From: an uncultured Verrucomicrobiae bacterium
GTDB lineage: Bacteria > Verrucomicrobiota > Verrucomicrobiia > Limisphaerales > Palsa-1400
DNA: 64,000 nucleotides
Reading direction: 5' to 3'
Assembly: GCA_963707025.1 (NCBI GenBank)
Contig: CAVPOM010000003.1
Coordinates: 64,001 to 128,000 of the forward strand
Below, in pieces: positions 30,298 through 42,096 of this stretch (positions are counted from its first letter, which is position 1; each line of letters begins with the position of its first letter). A program made the translations under genes and the position numbers. The notes under the pieces are model-generated. The model was not told where the DNA came from and ran no database searches. It worked only from the letters and a program-made list of their open reading frames with translations.

Positions 30298-31818
30298 CTT
30301 GTCATTACCCACATTTTGTTCTAAGTAAGTTTAGACAAGCTAATTCATAAGCGCCTCAATCACAGCAACTTAGTACCTTGTACCTTAACGACGTACTGTC
30401 ACACTGGCGCGATGAATACCTGTTTAATGGCTCCGGCCCAGTGGGCTCAAGATGAATTTGGGTTTGCCCAATTGGGCGATCAACGTCGTAATAGGCGCCT
30501 GGTGAAGATCGCTGAACCGTTGGCCAAGAGTCCTGGGGGGACGCTGCCGCGAGCCTTTCCGCAATGGGCGGAACTCAAAGCCGCCTACCGGTTCCTGAAC
30601 CAGCGGGGCGTGACTTATGAGGCAGTGTGGGCGTCGTCCTTGGAGCGGACGCGCCAGGCGTGCCGTCAAGCCGGAGAGTATTTGCTGATCGAGGACACGA
30701 CCTATTTGAGTTACCCGCGAGCCGGAGCGGTGGAGGGTTTAGGGGTCATCGGTGATGGCCGCGGGCAGGGATTTGAATTGCACAGTACCCTGGCGGTGCG
30801 GGTGGAAGCCTGGACGCTGGAGCAGCGGCCGGAGGGGACGGTGGTGGGATTATTCCACCAACCATGTCGGGCGCCACGCCGGGCTGCGGCGGGAGAATCT
30901 CGGCGAGAGGTTTTAAGTCGCCCGCATAAGTCGCAGCGGTGGGCGGCGGGGATGAAAAGCGCCGGCACGCCGCCCGCCGGCAGCCGGTGGATTTATGTGG
31001 CCGATCGGGAATCCGATTTTTACGAGCCGCTACAAATAGGTCGTCAGCATGGGATAGATTTCGTGCTGCGGGGCTGTCATGACCGGCGCTTGGCTGAGGG
31101 AGCGGGCTCTGTGCTGGAGGCGTTGGCCCAGGCGCCGGTGTTGGGACGGAGGACGGTGGAGGTGCGGGCCCGGGGTGGCCAGCCCGCGCGCACGGCCATC
31201 GTGGAAGTGCGCAGCGTGCGGGTCAACTTGTCCGGGCCTTGGCGGCCGGGCGGCTGGCAGGAACCGCTGGACGGGGTCGGCGTGGTGGAAGCACGCGAGG
31301 TGGATGCTCCCGATGGCGTGAAGGAGCCGCTGCACTGGATATTATTGACATCAATGCCCTGCGCCACCTGGGGGCAGGCGCAACGGGTGGTGGGCTACTA
31401 CAGCGCGCGCTGGTGGGTGGAAGAATATCATAAAGCGCTCAAGAGCGGGGCCGGGGTGGAGGAGAGCCAAGTGGAGCGGGCGGATCGTCTGGAGCCGTTG
31501 ATCGCGGTGCTGGCGGTGGTGGCAGTGCGACTGCTGAACACCAAAATGCTGGCCCGCAGCCGCCCCGAGTCGGGGGAAGCGGCCGAGAATATGGGCCCAG
31601 AAATGCTGGCCCTCCTGGAAAAGAAAGTCGGCCGACCCAAAGGCGGTTGGACAAACCGGGAGGTTATCAGATCAGTCGCGCGCGTCGGCGGATTCATCGG
31701 CAGAAAAAGCGACGGTGAACCCGGCTGGCAAACGATCTGGCGCGGCTGGCAGCGGCTGATGTGGATGTGCGAAGGAGCAAATCTAATGGAAAGCTAAAAA
31801 GATGTGGGTAACGACAAG
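30298..31818 (+). mobile_element. IS4-family (Tn5/IS50-like) insertion sequence
   Basis: TIRs CTTGTCATTACCCACA / TGTGGGTAACGACAAG. Flanking 9-mers GTCTGCGAC / GTCTATGAC. Confidence 0.92.
30412..31797 (+). CDS. IS4-family transposase
   Basis: LGDQRRNRRL, IEDTT, VADRESD, YSARWWVEEYHKALKSG (YREK-like) and DGEPGWQTIWRG. Confidence 0.93.
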   Translation: MNTCLMAPAQWAQDEFGFAQLGDQRRNRRLVKIAEPLAKSPGGTLPRAFPQWAELKAAYRFLNQRGVTYEAVWASSLERTRQACRQAGEYLLIEDTTYLSYPRAGAVEGLGVIGDGRGQGFELHSTLAVRVEAWTLEQRPEGTVVGLFHQPCRAPRRAAAGESRREVLSRPHKSQRWAAGMKSAGTPPAGSRWIYVADRESDFYEPLQIGRQHGIDFVLRGCHDRRLAEGAGSVLEALAQAPVLGRRTVEVRARGGQPARTAIVEVRSVRVNLSGPWRPGGWQEPLDGVGVVEAREVDAPDGVKEPLHWILLTSMPCATWGQAQRVVGYYSARWWVEEYHKALKSGAGVEESQVERADRLEPLIAVLAVVAVRLLNTKMLARSRPESGEAAENMGPEMLALLEKKVGRPKGGWTNREVIRSVARVGGFIGRKSDGEPGWQTIWRGWQRLMWMCEGANLMES

Positions 31819-31976
31819 GTCTATGACCGCCGCACAGCAGGGGAGATAACGGCATGGCGGCGGCCATAGACCGTCGCTACAGGCGTTTTGCAGAGGTCAC
31901 ATAATACGTATAGGTATTATTTTGTTGCCAAACCGCGCCGGCTGAACGATCATGTCCGGGTCGTACGCGCAGATTG

Positions 31977-33224
31977 ATGCAGATGAAAGCAGATAACTTC
32001 AGCCCTCGGCGGCCTTTGCCCGCCCACCGCCATGTCCGCCTGCCCGGTCGCGTCCCGGCTGGAATCCTCCTTCTCTCCTGCCTGCTGGCCTGTTCCCCGG
32101 AAAAAGTTCCCGCCCAGGTTCCGGCCCGCCCCTCCGCCCCGGCCGCGTCCAAACCGGCGGCGCCGGCTCCGCCCAGTTGGCCCATCTTCCGCGGCAATCC
32201 CGCCCTGACGGGCGTGGCCGGCGACATGTTGCCCCAAAAACCCGGCCTGCTCTGGACTTTTAAAACAGGCGGCCCGGTCAAATCTTCGGCGGTCATCGGG
32301 GCGGGCAAGATTTTCATCGGGTCCGATGACGGCCATTTGTATGCCGTCAATTTTGCCGATGGCAAACAGGTGTGGGCCTTTCCCGCCGGCTCCGCCGTGC
32401 AGGCCCCGCCGCTGCTGGTCAACAATGCCGTCTTTGCCGGCACGGTGGATGGTTTGTTTTACGCCCTGGACGCGGGCGCCGGCGGCCTGCTCTGGAAGGT
32501 GCAAACCGACGGCAAAATCCTGGCTTCGGCCAGCGTGGCGGCCCGCCGGGACGGCCCGGCGCGCATCCTCATCGGCAGCTACGATTTCAAATTGCGCTGC
32601 CTGGACGCGGAGAAAGGCGCCACCAACTGGCTTTTTGAAAGCGGCAACTACATCAATGGCGCTTGCGCCGTCGCGGAGGGCCGGGCCGTTTTTGGCGGAT
32701 GCGATGCCATGGTGCATGTCCTGCAGGTGCAGGACGGCCAGGAGATCAGCCAGATCGAGGCGGGCGCTTTTATCGGCGCGTCGGTCGCCCTGGCGGGAAA
32801 CCGCGCTTACTTCGGCCACTATGACAATGAGTTTCTCTGTGTGGACCTGGCCCGCTCCAACACGGTCTGGCATTTTCACGACCAGGATTTCCCCTTCATG
32901 TCCTCCGCCGCCGTGACGGAGGATCGCGTCCTCTTCGGCGGGCACGACAAAACGCTGCATTGCCTGAGCCGGGCGGACGGCAAAAGCCTCTGGAGCTTTC
33001 CGGCGCAGGGAAAAATCGAAAGCTCGCCCGTCGTCGCCGGCGACAAAGTGGTCTTCGGCTCCGACGACGGCCGGGTCTATTTGCTGGCGCTGGCCGACGG
33101 CCGGGAACTCTGGTCCTACGACACCGGCCAGCCGGTGGCCAGTTCGCCCGCCGTCGCCGGAAATAGAATTGTCATCGGTTGCGACGACGGCAACGTCTAT
33201 TGTTTCGGCGCAACAGCCTTATGA
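31977..33224 (+). CDS. PQQ-like beta-propeller (BamB-family) exported protein
   Basis: WPIFRGN motif and repeated SSP.V….V..GS.DG..Y.L….G..LW blades. Confidence 0.88.
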   Translation: MQMKADNFSPRRPLPAHRHVRLPGRVPAGILLLSCLLACSPEKVPAQVPARPSAPAASKPAAPAPPSWPIFRGNPALTGVAGDMLPQKPGLLWTFKTGGPVKSSAVIGAGKIFIGSDDGHLYAVNFADGKQVWAFPAGSAVQAPPLLVNNAVFAGTVDGLFYALDAGAGGLLWKVQTDGKILASASVAARRDGPARILIGSYDFKLRCLDAEKGATNWLFESGNYINGACAVAEGRAVFGGCDAMVHVLQVQDGQEISQIEAGAFIGASVALAGNRAYFGHYDNEFLCVDLARSNTVWHFHDQDFPFMSSAAVTEDRVLFGGHDKTLHCLSRADGKSLWSFPAQGKIESSPVVAGDKVVFGSDDGRVYLLALADGRELWSYDTGQPVASSPAVAGNRIVIGCDDGNVYCFGATAL

Positions 33225-33300
33225 AGATCAAGGAAATCCTTCGCCGCCGCCGTCCGACACGGTGCTTGAGCTTGTGCCCAAACGCGTGTAGGATAATGGC

Positions 33301-33483
33301 ATGAGCGCAAAGGAACTCGCACTCGATGTTATCAAACAGCTTCCAGACCAGGCTACGATGCGTGATCTTACGGAGGAATTGTACGCCGCCGCCGTGCGCG
33401 AAGGATTGGATGAGCTCGACCGCGGCGAGGGCCTGTCCCACGAAGTGGTCAAACACCAGTTCGACTCATGGTTTGCAAAATAA
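33301..33483 (+). CDS. Putative antitoxin
   Basis: MSAKELALDVIKQLPD…REGLDELDRGEGLSHEVV, overlapping a RelE/ParE gene. Confidence 0.8.
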   Translation: MSAKELALDVIKQLPDQATMRDLTEELYAAAVREGLDELDRGEGLSHEVVKHQFDSWFAK

Positions 33484-33770
33484 CCTGGTCGCCCCGCGCG
33501 CTGGAGGATTTGCGGGACGCGGTGCGCTACATTCGCCGCGACGACCCGGAGGCGGCGCGACGGTTCGGGCTCAAACTCATCGAAAAGGCGGAAACCCTGA
33601 CCAGCTTTCCCGAACGCGGACGGGTGATCAGAAAGTTCCAAAATCCCAATATCCGCGAGGTTTTTCTCGGTCCGTATCGGATTGCCTACCGCATCCATCG
33701 CGATCCGGCCTCGGTCGAGATTGTCCGCATCTGGCATGGTGCAAGAAGCGACGAGGATTTGGAGTTTTGA
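33468..33770 (+). CDS. RelE/ParE-family toxin
   Basis: ITWSPRALEDL…FPERGR…YRIAY…IVRIWHGAR. Confidence 0.88.
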   Translation: MVCKITWSPRALEDLRDAVRYIRRDDPEAARRFGLKLIEKAETLTSFPERGRVIRKFQNPNIREVFLGPYRIAYRIHRDPASVEIVRIWHGARSDEDLEF

Positions 33771-33779
33771 CCAATTATC

Positions 33780-34259
33780 ATGTCTGTCAAACCTAGAAAA
33801 TCGTGGGGGGAAAAACTGGCCGACAGCAAGGGGCTGCCCAAGGTCATTCCCATCGCCGGCCGCATGAGCCGCAAGTGGGGGACCGGCACGGTCGTCATTG
33901 CCGCGCCCCTGGAAGTGGATGCCTTGATGCGCCAGGTTCCCAAGGGCAGGGTGGTGACGGTCAACCGGCTGCGCGCCGCCCTGGCCCGGCGGCACGGCGC
34001 GACCATCGGCTGCCCCATTACCACCGGCATCTTCGCGTGGATCGCCGCCCACGCCGCGGTCGAGGCGCAGGCCCAGGGCCGCAAGCGGATCACCCCCTGG
34101 TGGCGCACCCTCAAGGCGGAGGGCGAGTTGAACCCGAAATTTCCCGGCGGCGTGGAGGAGCAGGCCAGGTTGCTGCGCGCCGAAGGGCACACCATCCTCC
34201 CCGGCAAAGGCAAAAAACCGCCCCGGGTCGCCGACATGGAAGGCCGCCTGGCCATGTAA
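33780..34259 (+). CDS. MGMT-family / alkyltransferase-like DNA-binding protein (PWWR instead of PCHR)
   Basis: VPKGRVVT, CPITTGIF, TPWWRTLK and Q..LL.AEG. Confidence 0.8.
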   Translation: MSVKPRKSWGEKLADSKGLPKVIPIAGRMSRKWGTGTVVIAAPLEVDALMRQVPKGRVVTVNRLRAALARRHGATIGCPITTGIFAWIAAHAAVEAQAQGRKRITPWWRTLKAEGELNPKFPGGVEEQARLLRAEGHTILPGKGKKPPRVADMEGRLAM

Positions 34260-34272
34260 TGGACCCATTTTT

Positions 34273-35613
34273 ATGAGCACCACCGCCCAACTCACTCCGC
34301 CCGCGCCGCCCATCGCCCAGCAAACGACCGTCGGCAACTATTTCGTCTCCAACTACCCTCCCTTCTCCTTTTGGAAACCGGAGTTTGTCCAGGACGCCCT
34401 GGCCGCCCTGGAACGGCCTCCATCCTCGCCGGTTCCGTTGGGCGTTTACCTCCACATTCCCTTTTGCCGCAAACGCTGTCATTTCTGCTACTTCAAGGTG
34501 TACACCGACAAGGATTCGTCGGCCATTCGCGGTTATATTGAAGCGGCCCTGCGGGAACTGGCCCTCTATGCCGCCAAGCCCGCCCTGGCCGGGCGCAAGG
34601 CCAATTTCGTTTATTTCGGCGGCGGCACTCCCTCCTACCTGTCCGTGGACCAGCTCACCCACCTGACCCAAGGCATGAAGAAACTCATTCCGTGGGATGA
34701 GGCCGAGGAAGTCACCTTCGAGTGCGAGCCGGGCACGTTGACCCGCCACAAACTGGAGGCCATCCGCCAGATGGGCGTGACCCGCCTGAGCCTGGGAGTG
34801 GAAAATTTTGACGATCATATCCTCGAAATCAACGGGCGCGCCCACCACAGCCAGGAAATCGCCCGCGCTTACTCCTTCGCGCGCGAACTGGGTTTTCCCC
34901 AAATCAACATTGACCTCATTGCCGGCATGGTCGAGGAAACCGAGTCCAACTGGCGGGAATGCGTCCGCAAAACCATCCAGATGTCGCCCGACAGCGTCAC
35001 CATTTACCAGATGGAAGTTCCCTACAACACCGCCCTCTATCAGGAAATGAAAGCGGCCGGCAAACTGGCCGCCCCGGTGGCCGATTGGGAAACCAAGCGG
35101 GCCTGGGCAGGCTGGGCCTTTGCCGAATTGGAAAAGGCCGGCTACACCGTGGGCAGCGCCTACACCGCTGTCAAAAATAAAGCCACCGCCAGGTTCCTCT
35201 ACCGCGACCGCCTCTGGGCCGGGGCCGATTTGATCGGCCTGGGGGTGGCCTCCTTCGGCCATTTGCAAGGCACCCATTATCAGAATCAGCACGACTTCGA
35301 GCCTTACGTCAATGCCGTCCAGTCCGGCCGGCTGCCCCTCTATCGCGCCATGACCCCCACCGCCGACGAACGGCTCATCCGCGAATTTATTTTGCAACTC
35401 AAGCTCGGCCGCACCCAGTGCGATTACTTCCAGAAAAAATTCGGGGTGGATGTGGGCCGGCGTTTCGCCGCGCCCTTGCAGCGCCTGCGCGACTGGGGTT
35501 TTGGCGAAGTCCAGGACGGGACCGTGCGCCTGAACCGCCAGGGCCTTCTCCAAGTGGACCGCCTCCTCCACGAGTTCTTCCTCCCCGAACACCAAAATGC
35601 CAGATACGCATGA
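34273..35613 (+). CDS. HemN-like (class C) radical SAM protein
   Basis: YLHIPFCRKRCHFCYF, YFGGGTPS, RLSLGV and INIDLIAG. Confidence 0.9.
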   Translation: MSTTAQLTPPAPPIAQQTTVGNYFVSNYPPFSFWKPEFVQDALAALERPPSSPVPLGVYLHIPFCRKRCHFCYFKVYTDKDSSAIRGYIEAALRELALYAAKPALAGRKANFVYFGGGTPSYLSVDQLTHLTQGMKKLIPWDEAEEVTFECEPGTLTRHKLEAIRQMGVTRLSLGVENFDDHILEINGRAHHSQEIARAYSFARELGFPQINIDLIAGMVEETESNWRECVRKTIQMSPDSVTIYQMEVPYNTALYQEMKAAGKLAAPVADWETKRAWAGWAFAELEKAGYTVGSAYTAVKNKATARFLYRDRLWAGADLIGLGVASFGHLQGTHYQNQHDFEPYVNAVQSGRLPLYRAMTPTADERLIREFILQLKLGRTQCDYFQKKFGVDVGRRFAAPLQRLRDWGFGEVQDGTVRLNRQGLLQVDRLLHEFFLPEHQNARYA

Positions 35614-36194
35614 ACTCGAGCGAGACCAAAACCTGTCCCGAATTGACGCCCTTTGCCCTGCGCCCGCTCCATTCGGCCACCTATCCGCTGGACGATTTTT
35701 ACGCCGTCCGCCGCCTGCCCCTGCCCGTCATGGACCAGATCGAGCCGGACCAGATCCCCGAACCGTATCGTTGGCTGCTGGTGCATGATGGAGACATGAC
35801 TTCGCGGCTGGAAGCCTTCCACAAAAGCACAATTCATATCCGCGCGCTGGCCCGCAACCACCATGGCCGCGAATACTTCCGCGAGGTTGTGCTGGAACTG
35901 GACGGCTCCCTCCAACCGGTGGAATTCGGCGCCAGCAAAGTCAACCTCGACTTTTTTCCCGGCCTGGCCCAGGAGGAAATCCGGCGCGAGTTGCGCCCGC
36001 TGGGCGGCATTCTGCATGACTTCCACATCGCCTTCACCAGCCGGCCCGGCGCCTTTTTCCGCGTGGCGGCGGATGCCTTCATCGTCGGAGCACTGCGCCT
36101 GGCCGGCGCGCCTGTCCTCTTTGGCCGGCGCAACACCCTGCTGGACGCCCGCGAGCGGCCCATGGCGGAGATCGTGGAAATTTTGCCGCCGTGA
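35610..36194 (+). CDS. Chorismate-lyase/DUF98-like protein
   Basis: ATGA overlap with the radical SAM gene; LLVHDGDMTSRLE…REVVL…PLGGIL…IVEILP pattern. Confidence 0.65.
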   Translation: MNSSETKTCPELTPFALRPLHSATYPLDDFYAVRRLPLPVMDQIEPDQIPEPYRWLLVHDGDMTSRLEAFHKSTIHIRALARNHHGREYFREVVLELDGSLQPVEFGASKVNLDFFPGLAQEEIRRELRPLGGILHDFHIAFTSRPGAFFRVAADAFIVGALRLAGAPVLFGRRNTLLDARERPMAEIVEILPP

Positions 36195-36234
36195 ACCGTA
36201 ATACGCCAGTGAAAGGGGGGACTGCCATTCCAGC

Positions 36235-36409
36235 GGAGTGCGCCCGTCCCCGGGCGCAGCAATGCGAAAATGTTCTTGCGCGTACGGCGTCGCTGCTGGA
36301 TTGGCCGGGAATGGTAGGGCGGGCAGTCCTCTGCCCGCCGCGCGGCGGCGGCGCAATGTTGATTCATTGGCCCATGCCCGACGGCGGGCAGAGGACTGCC
36401 CGCCCTACC
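36235..36409. repeat. GGAG-type REP half plus a GTAG-type REP pair (36313-36409)
   Basis: GGTAGGGCGGGCAGTCCTCTGCCCGCCG … CGGCGGGCAGAGGACTGCCCGCCCTACC. A related pair lies at 44381-44435. Confidence 0.8.
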
Positions 36410-36444
36410 CATGACTGACGCACGACTGCTTTTCCGTTCCCGAC

Positions 36445-37732
36445 ATGAACCACACCAATTTGCTTGACTGCATCATCATCGGCGGAGGCCCCGCCGGATC
36501 AACCGCCGGAGCCATCCTCGCCCAATTCGGCCATCGCGTCCTGCTCCTGGAACGCGAAAAATTCCCGCGCTATCACATCGGCGAATCCCTCCTGCCCTTC
36601 ACCTTCCAGCCCCTGCAACGGCTCGGCTTGATTGAGCGGATGAAAGCCTCCGCCTTTGTCAAGAAATACAGCGTCCAATTCGTTTCCCCCTCCGGCCGGG
36701 CCAGCCAGCCCTTTTATTTTTACACCCGCTACGACCGCGCGACCGTCGCCCAAACCTGGCAGGTCCTCCGTTCCGAGTTCGACCTGATGCTGCTGGACAA
36801 CGCCCGGGAAAAAGGCCTCCAGGTCATGGAGCAGAACCGCCGTCCGGGAGTTGATCCAGGAAGACGGGGCGGTCGCGGGCGTGCGCGCTCAAACCCAGGG
36901 CGGCCCCATCACCGAATTCCGCGCCCCCATCACCCTGGATTGTTCCGGCAAGGAATCCTTCGCCGCCGTGCGCAACCAGTGGCGCGTCAAGGACCCGTTC
37001 CTCAATAAAATCGCCGTCTGGACTTATTACAAAGGGGCCAAACGCGACGCCGGCCTGGACGCCGGCGCCACCACCGTGGCCTACCTGCCGGAAAAGGGCT
37101 GGTTCTGGTACATCCCGCAGCACAACGACATGATCAGCGTCGGCGTGGTCGCGGAGGGAAAATACTTGACACGCGGCGGCCTCAAGTCGCCGGAGGAGAT
37201 TTTCCGGCGCGAGGTGGAGCAGAACCAGTGGATCCAGCAGCATCTGGCCTGCGGCAAACAGAGCGGCCCCTATCATCTCACCAGCGAATACACCCACCAC
37301 GCCAAACATTGCGGCGCGCGGGGGCTGCTCCTCGTCGGCGACGCCTTCGCCTTTCTCGACCCGGTCTTTTCCTCCGGCGTCATGCTCGCTCTGAAAAGCG
37401 GCGTGCTGGCCGGCGACGCCGTTCACCAGGCCCTGGTGGAAAAGGATTTTTCCCCGGACCGTTTCGCCGGCTACGCCCGTTTCCTGCGTGACGGCGTGGA
37501 AAACATGCGCAAGCTCGTCTATGCCTTTTACCATCCCAAATTCAGCTTCCGCCAACTGACCAACAAATACCCCGAAGCCGCCGGCTGGGTGACCGACTGC
37601 CTCAGCGGCGATGTCAACAAAGATTTCACCCCCCTCTGGAAACAGATCGAAGAATTCGTCCCTCTCCCGGCCCCGCTCCCCGTCGGCCAACCAATGGCGG
37701 CCGCCGAACCGGCCCCCGCTGCCAGTCTCTAA
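36445..37732 (+). CDS. Flavin-dependent halogenase-like oxidoreductase (single +1 frameshift near 36835)
   Basis: GGGPAG, FPRYHIGES, WFWYIP (WxWxIP) and VGDAFAFLDPVFSSGV. Confidence 0.85.
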
Positions 37733-37802
37733 TCCGGCCATTGCCCGCCGCATGGGTGGAATCCCGATGCAATCGGGACCCATCCCGCTCACACAAATCT
37801 TT

Positions 37803-38480
37803 ATCCCAAAGGGATAAAATCATCTAGCCCAGGGTTGCGCGCCACGCGCTACCCTGGGTGGGCCAATGACAAATTGGTCAACTCTGAAAGAGTTGTATCA
37901 ATCCCCTGATTCCACCATCATCCCCTCATGCCGCAATCACTCGCAAAAATTCCGGTGCATGCCGTTTTCTCGACAAAAAACCGCCGTCCCTTCCTCCGCG
38001 ACAAGCCACTGCGCGAGGAATTGCACCGCTACCTTGGCGGCATCCTGACGAATCACGACTGCCAGCCTCTTATCGTCGGTGGCGTTGCTGACCATGTTCA
38101 TATCCGCTCCACGCTCTCGCGCACCTGTGAAGCGGCGGAAATGATCAAGGAGGTCAAACGCGGCTCGTCCCTTTGATTGAAAACCAAAGCCCTGGATTTG
38201 CATGATTTTGCGTGGCAAACCGGCTATGGCATTTTCTCCATTGGTTTTTCCCAGGTTGAGACGGTGCGAGATTACATAGCTGGACAGGAGGAACAGCACC
38301 GCAAAGTTTCGTTTCAGGATGAGTTGCGTGAATTCCTCAAACGCTACGAAATCCAATTCGACGAACGATATGTTTGGGACTGAGGCAACGCTTTCAGCGT
38401 TGATGGATCTTTTGGGACGTTGACCCAAGGTAGCTCGTTCCTCGCAACCTTGGGCTGGATGATTGCAATCCCGTTGGGCT
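37803..38480 (+). mobile_element. IS200/RAYT-like Y1 transposase locus with long hairpin-rich inverted flanks
   Basis: Left flank ATCCCAAAGGGAT…AGCCCAGGGTTGCG…ACCCTGGGT…CAACTCTGAAAGAGTTG is mirrored on the right by CAACGCTTTCAGCGTTG…ACCCAAGGT…CGCAACCTTGGGCT…ATCCCGTTGGG. Confidence 0.8.
37928..38383 (+). pseudogene. tnpA: Y1/HUH transposase with an in-frame TGA at 38174-38176
   Basis: HAVFSTKNR, DHVHI (HUH), FAWQTGYGIFS and YIAGQEEQH. The stop falls at the usual Trp of SS.W.K. Confidence 0.85.
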
Positions 38481-38610
38481 TGCCAGCGCGGCGGGGCGGA
38501 CCGCGCCGTTTCCATGGCGAACCTGCTTGCCTCGTGCCACAGCAGGCTCGCCATGGAACCGGCGGCACCCAAATTCAGTCGTTTGGCCATCTCCTCCCTT
38601 TTCCGCCCTG

Positions 38611-38648
38611 AAAAAAAGGGCGGGGCTGGCGCAAGGCCAGCCCCGCCC
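38611..38648 (-). terminator. Rho-independent terminator downstream of groEL
   Basis: GGGCGGGGCTGGC-loop-GCCAGCCCCGCCC followed by T7 on the minus strand. Confidence 0.85.
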
Positions 38649-38683
38649 GGTGTTTCCCGGTTCCTCCGGTGATCTTAAATCCC

Positions 38684-40369
<1,686 letters not shown>

Positions 40370-40663
40370 TTATTCGATGATCGCGAGGATATCGTCCGAG
40401 GAAAGGATTTTGTATTCCTTGTCGTTGAGCTTGATCTCCGTGCCGCCGTATTTGCTGACGAGCACGCGGTCGCCTTTTTTGACTTCAAACGGAACTTTTT
40501 TTCCGTTGTCGTCCGTTTTGCCGGTGCCGAGGGCGATGACGATGCCTTCGGTGGGCTTTTCCTTGGCGGAATCGGGGATGATGATGCCGCCTTTTTTAAC
40601 TTCCTTCTCTTCGGCCGGTTCGACAAGAACCCGGTCGCCGAGGGGTTTTACATTGAGTGCCAT
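40370..40663 (-). CDS. groS: Co-chaperonin GroES
   Basis: [22 protein letters not shown] and KYGGTE. Confidence 0.97.
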   Translation of the reverse strand: MALNVKPLGDRVLVEPAEEKEVKKGGIIIPDSAKEKPTEGIVIALGTGKTDDNGKKVPFEVKKGDRVLVSKYGGTEIKLNDKEYKILSSDDILAIIE

Positions 40664-40748
40664 AGGTGTCTTTTCTCTTTTTTTGTGTTTTCTGTTTATG
40701 TTCGCTTTCGAATCAAACTCCCGCCGCACCCGCGGCCGGGAAAATTGT

Positions 40749-41417
40749 CTAACTGCCTTCCGCCGGGGCGATTCCACCCGGCAACGGCTCAAATTGCGGC
40801 AACGGCTCGCCTATCACCGCATCAATGGCTTTCATCAGCCGTTCCTTGACCGGTTTGGGCAGCGACGGCAGATCGCCATCCTTGAAATAGCCCAGCCCTT
40901 GCAGGGAAATGCGCCAATTAAAGTCGCCGTTAAAGACGGTGTAAGCGGCGCGCAATCCCTCCTTCAAGCCGATGCCCTGGCGCAGCAATTCGTCAATATC
41001 CAAGTAATCCTTTGCCTGGCTGCGCGTCCAGATCGTGCGCAATTTTGTCGCCAGCAAATCCAGCGCCGAAGCCAGCCGCAGGACCTTGTCGTCTGTTTCC
41101 AGCGGATCGCGCACACGGCGATAGGACAGCCCGCCGAGAAACTGAATTTTTACCACCGCGCCGCGCGTCACCTCGACATCGAGCGTGTTGACGGCGACCT
41201 GCACCGGCTTGGCGCCGCGCAAGAACGGCAGCGACCGCATCAACTCCTCCGGGTTCACCGGCTCGGAGGTGAAAAAGTCGAAGTCCACCGAGAAACGATG
41301 CCCATAATAAAGCGCGACCGCCGTGCCGCCATAGAGCACGAAATGTCTCGGCACTTGCGCCAGCTCCGGCCACAACTGGCGTTGCGCCTCAGGCAACACG
41401 CTCAATTTAGGGCTCAT
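40749..41417 (-). CDS. AbiEii/AbiGii-family nucleotidyltransferase (type IV TA toxin-like)
   Basis: LYGGTAVAL…[15 protein letters not shown]…R…KDYLDI and L.YF.D. Confidence 0.88.
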   Translation of the reverse strand: MSPKLSVLPEAQRQLWPELAQVPRHFVLYGGTAVALYYGHRFSVDFDFFTSEPVNPEELMRSLPFLRGAKPVQVAVNTLDVEVTRGAVVKIQFLGGLSYRRVRDPLETDDKVLRLASALDLLATKLRTIWTRSQAKDYLDIDELLRQGIGLKEGLRAAYTVFNGDFNWRISLQGLGYFKDGDLPSLPKPVKERLMKAIDAVIGEPLPQFEPLPGGIAPAEGS

Positions 41418-41418
41418 G

Positions 41419-42096
41419 TCAAAGATCAAAATCCTTCAGGAATGCGCGCTTCGGCAGTTCCGGCGCAGGCAGTCCGAAAAAGCGGTGCCACATCGTCCAT
41501 GATTTGATTTCAAACAGTCCCGGCTCGGCGTTGACCAGTGCGTCGCGAAACGCCTCCCAGCCGAGGGCCTGCTTGAATGCCACCACTTCGGGCCAATCCC
41601 CGCGCGCCATCACCTGGCCGAGCAGACGCCGCGGCTGGCCGAGGGAAACCTCCGGCGGCTGCCACCAAATCAACTTGGCGGCGAAGCGTTTCAATTGTTC
41701 TTCATTGGCCGTTTCCGGACCAATCGTCGTGGCCGCGACCACCGGGCCGGCGGCGACCAGTCTCTTCCGGCGCGCGTCCACGTTGACGTTCATCCCTTCC
41801 AGCGCCCGCGAACCCAGCAACGTCAGGTCGCCCGGCTGCGCGAACACCACTTCGTCAATCGTCTCGAAGCCCGCCACGCGCAAAATGGCATAGCCGACCG
41901 TGCGAGTGAGGATCTGCCCGTTGGCCATTTGAATCTGCAAATCCTTTTTCACCGGCTGGACCCCGATCCGTTTCAACACCTCTTCCGGCAGCCAGGTGAA
42001 TTCGCTGCCCGAATCCACTAGCAGCTTCGAAACCACGGCAGACCGTTTCTGATCCTTGTGGTTCTCCACTTTGCAGCCGATGTAAAAAGCGCCCAT
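41419..42096 (-). CDS. Fusion: clan-AA (retropepsin-like) aspartyl protease plus a helical antitoxin-like domain
   Basis: N-terminal [12 protein letters not shown]…ANG…LLGSRALEG. The C-terminal KLIWWQPP…LLGQVMARG…SWTMWH domain is the kind usually encoded just upstream of this nucleotidyltransferase family. Confidence 0.75.
   Translation of the reverse strand: MGAFYIGCKVENHKDQKRSAVVSKLLVDSGSEFTWLPEEVLKRIGVQPVKKDLQIQMANGQILTRTVGYAILRVAGFETIDEVVFAQPGDLTLLGSRALEGMNVNVDARRKRLVAAGPVVAATTIGPETANEEQLKRFAAKLIWWQPPEVSLGQPRRLLGQVMARGDWPEVVAFKQALGWEAFRDALVNAEPGLFEIKSWTMWHRFFGLPAPELPKRAFLKDFDL

Larger units (their letters stand above)
30250..31900. repeat. MITE (GAGACCTCTGCAAAAC ends, internal GTAG-REP pair) interrupted by the IS4 element
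   Basis: With the IS removed it is the reverse complement of the element at 48270-48392. Confidence 0.8.

Noticed and set aside
38174..38176. TGA at a conserved Trp position as evidence of stop-codon recoding
   Set aside because: TGA is a normal stop in many genes here (lysS, serA, fucI). A point mutation or base-call error is simpler.
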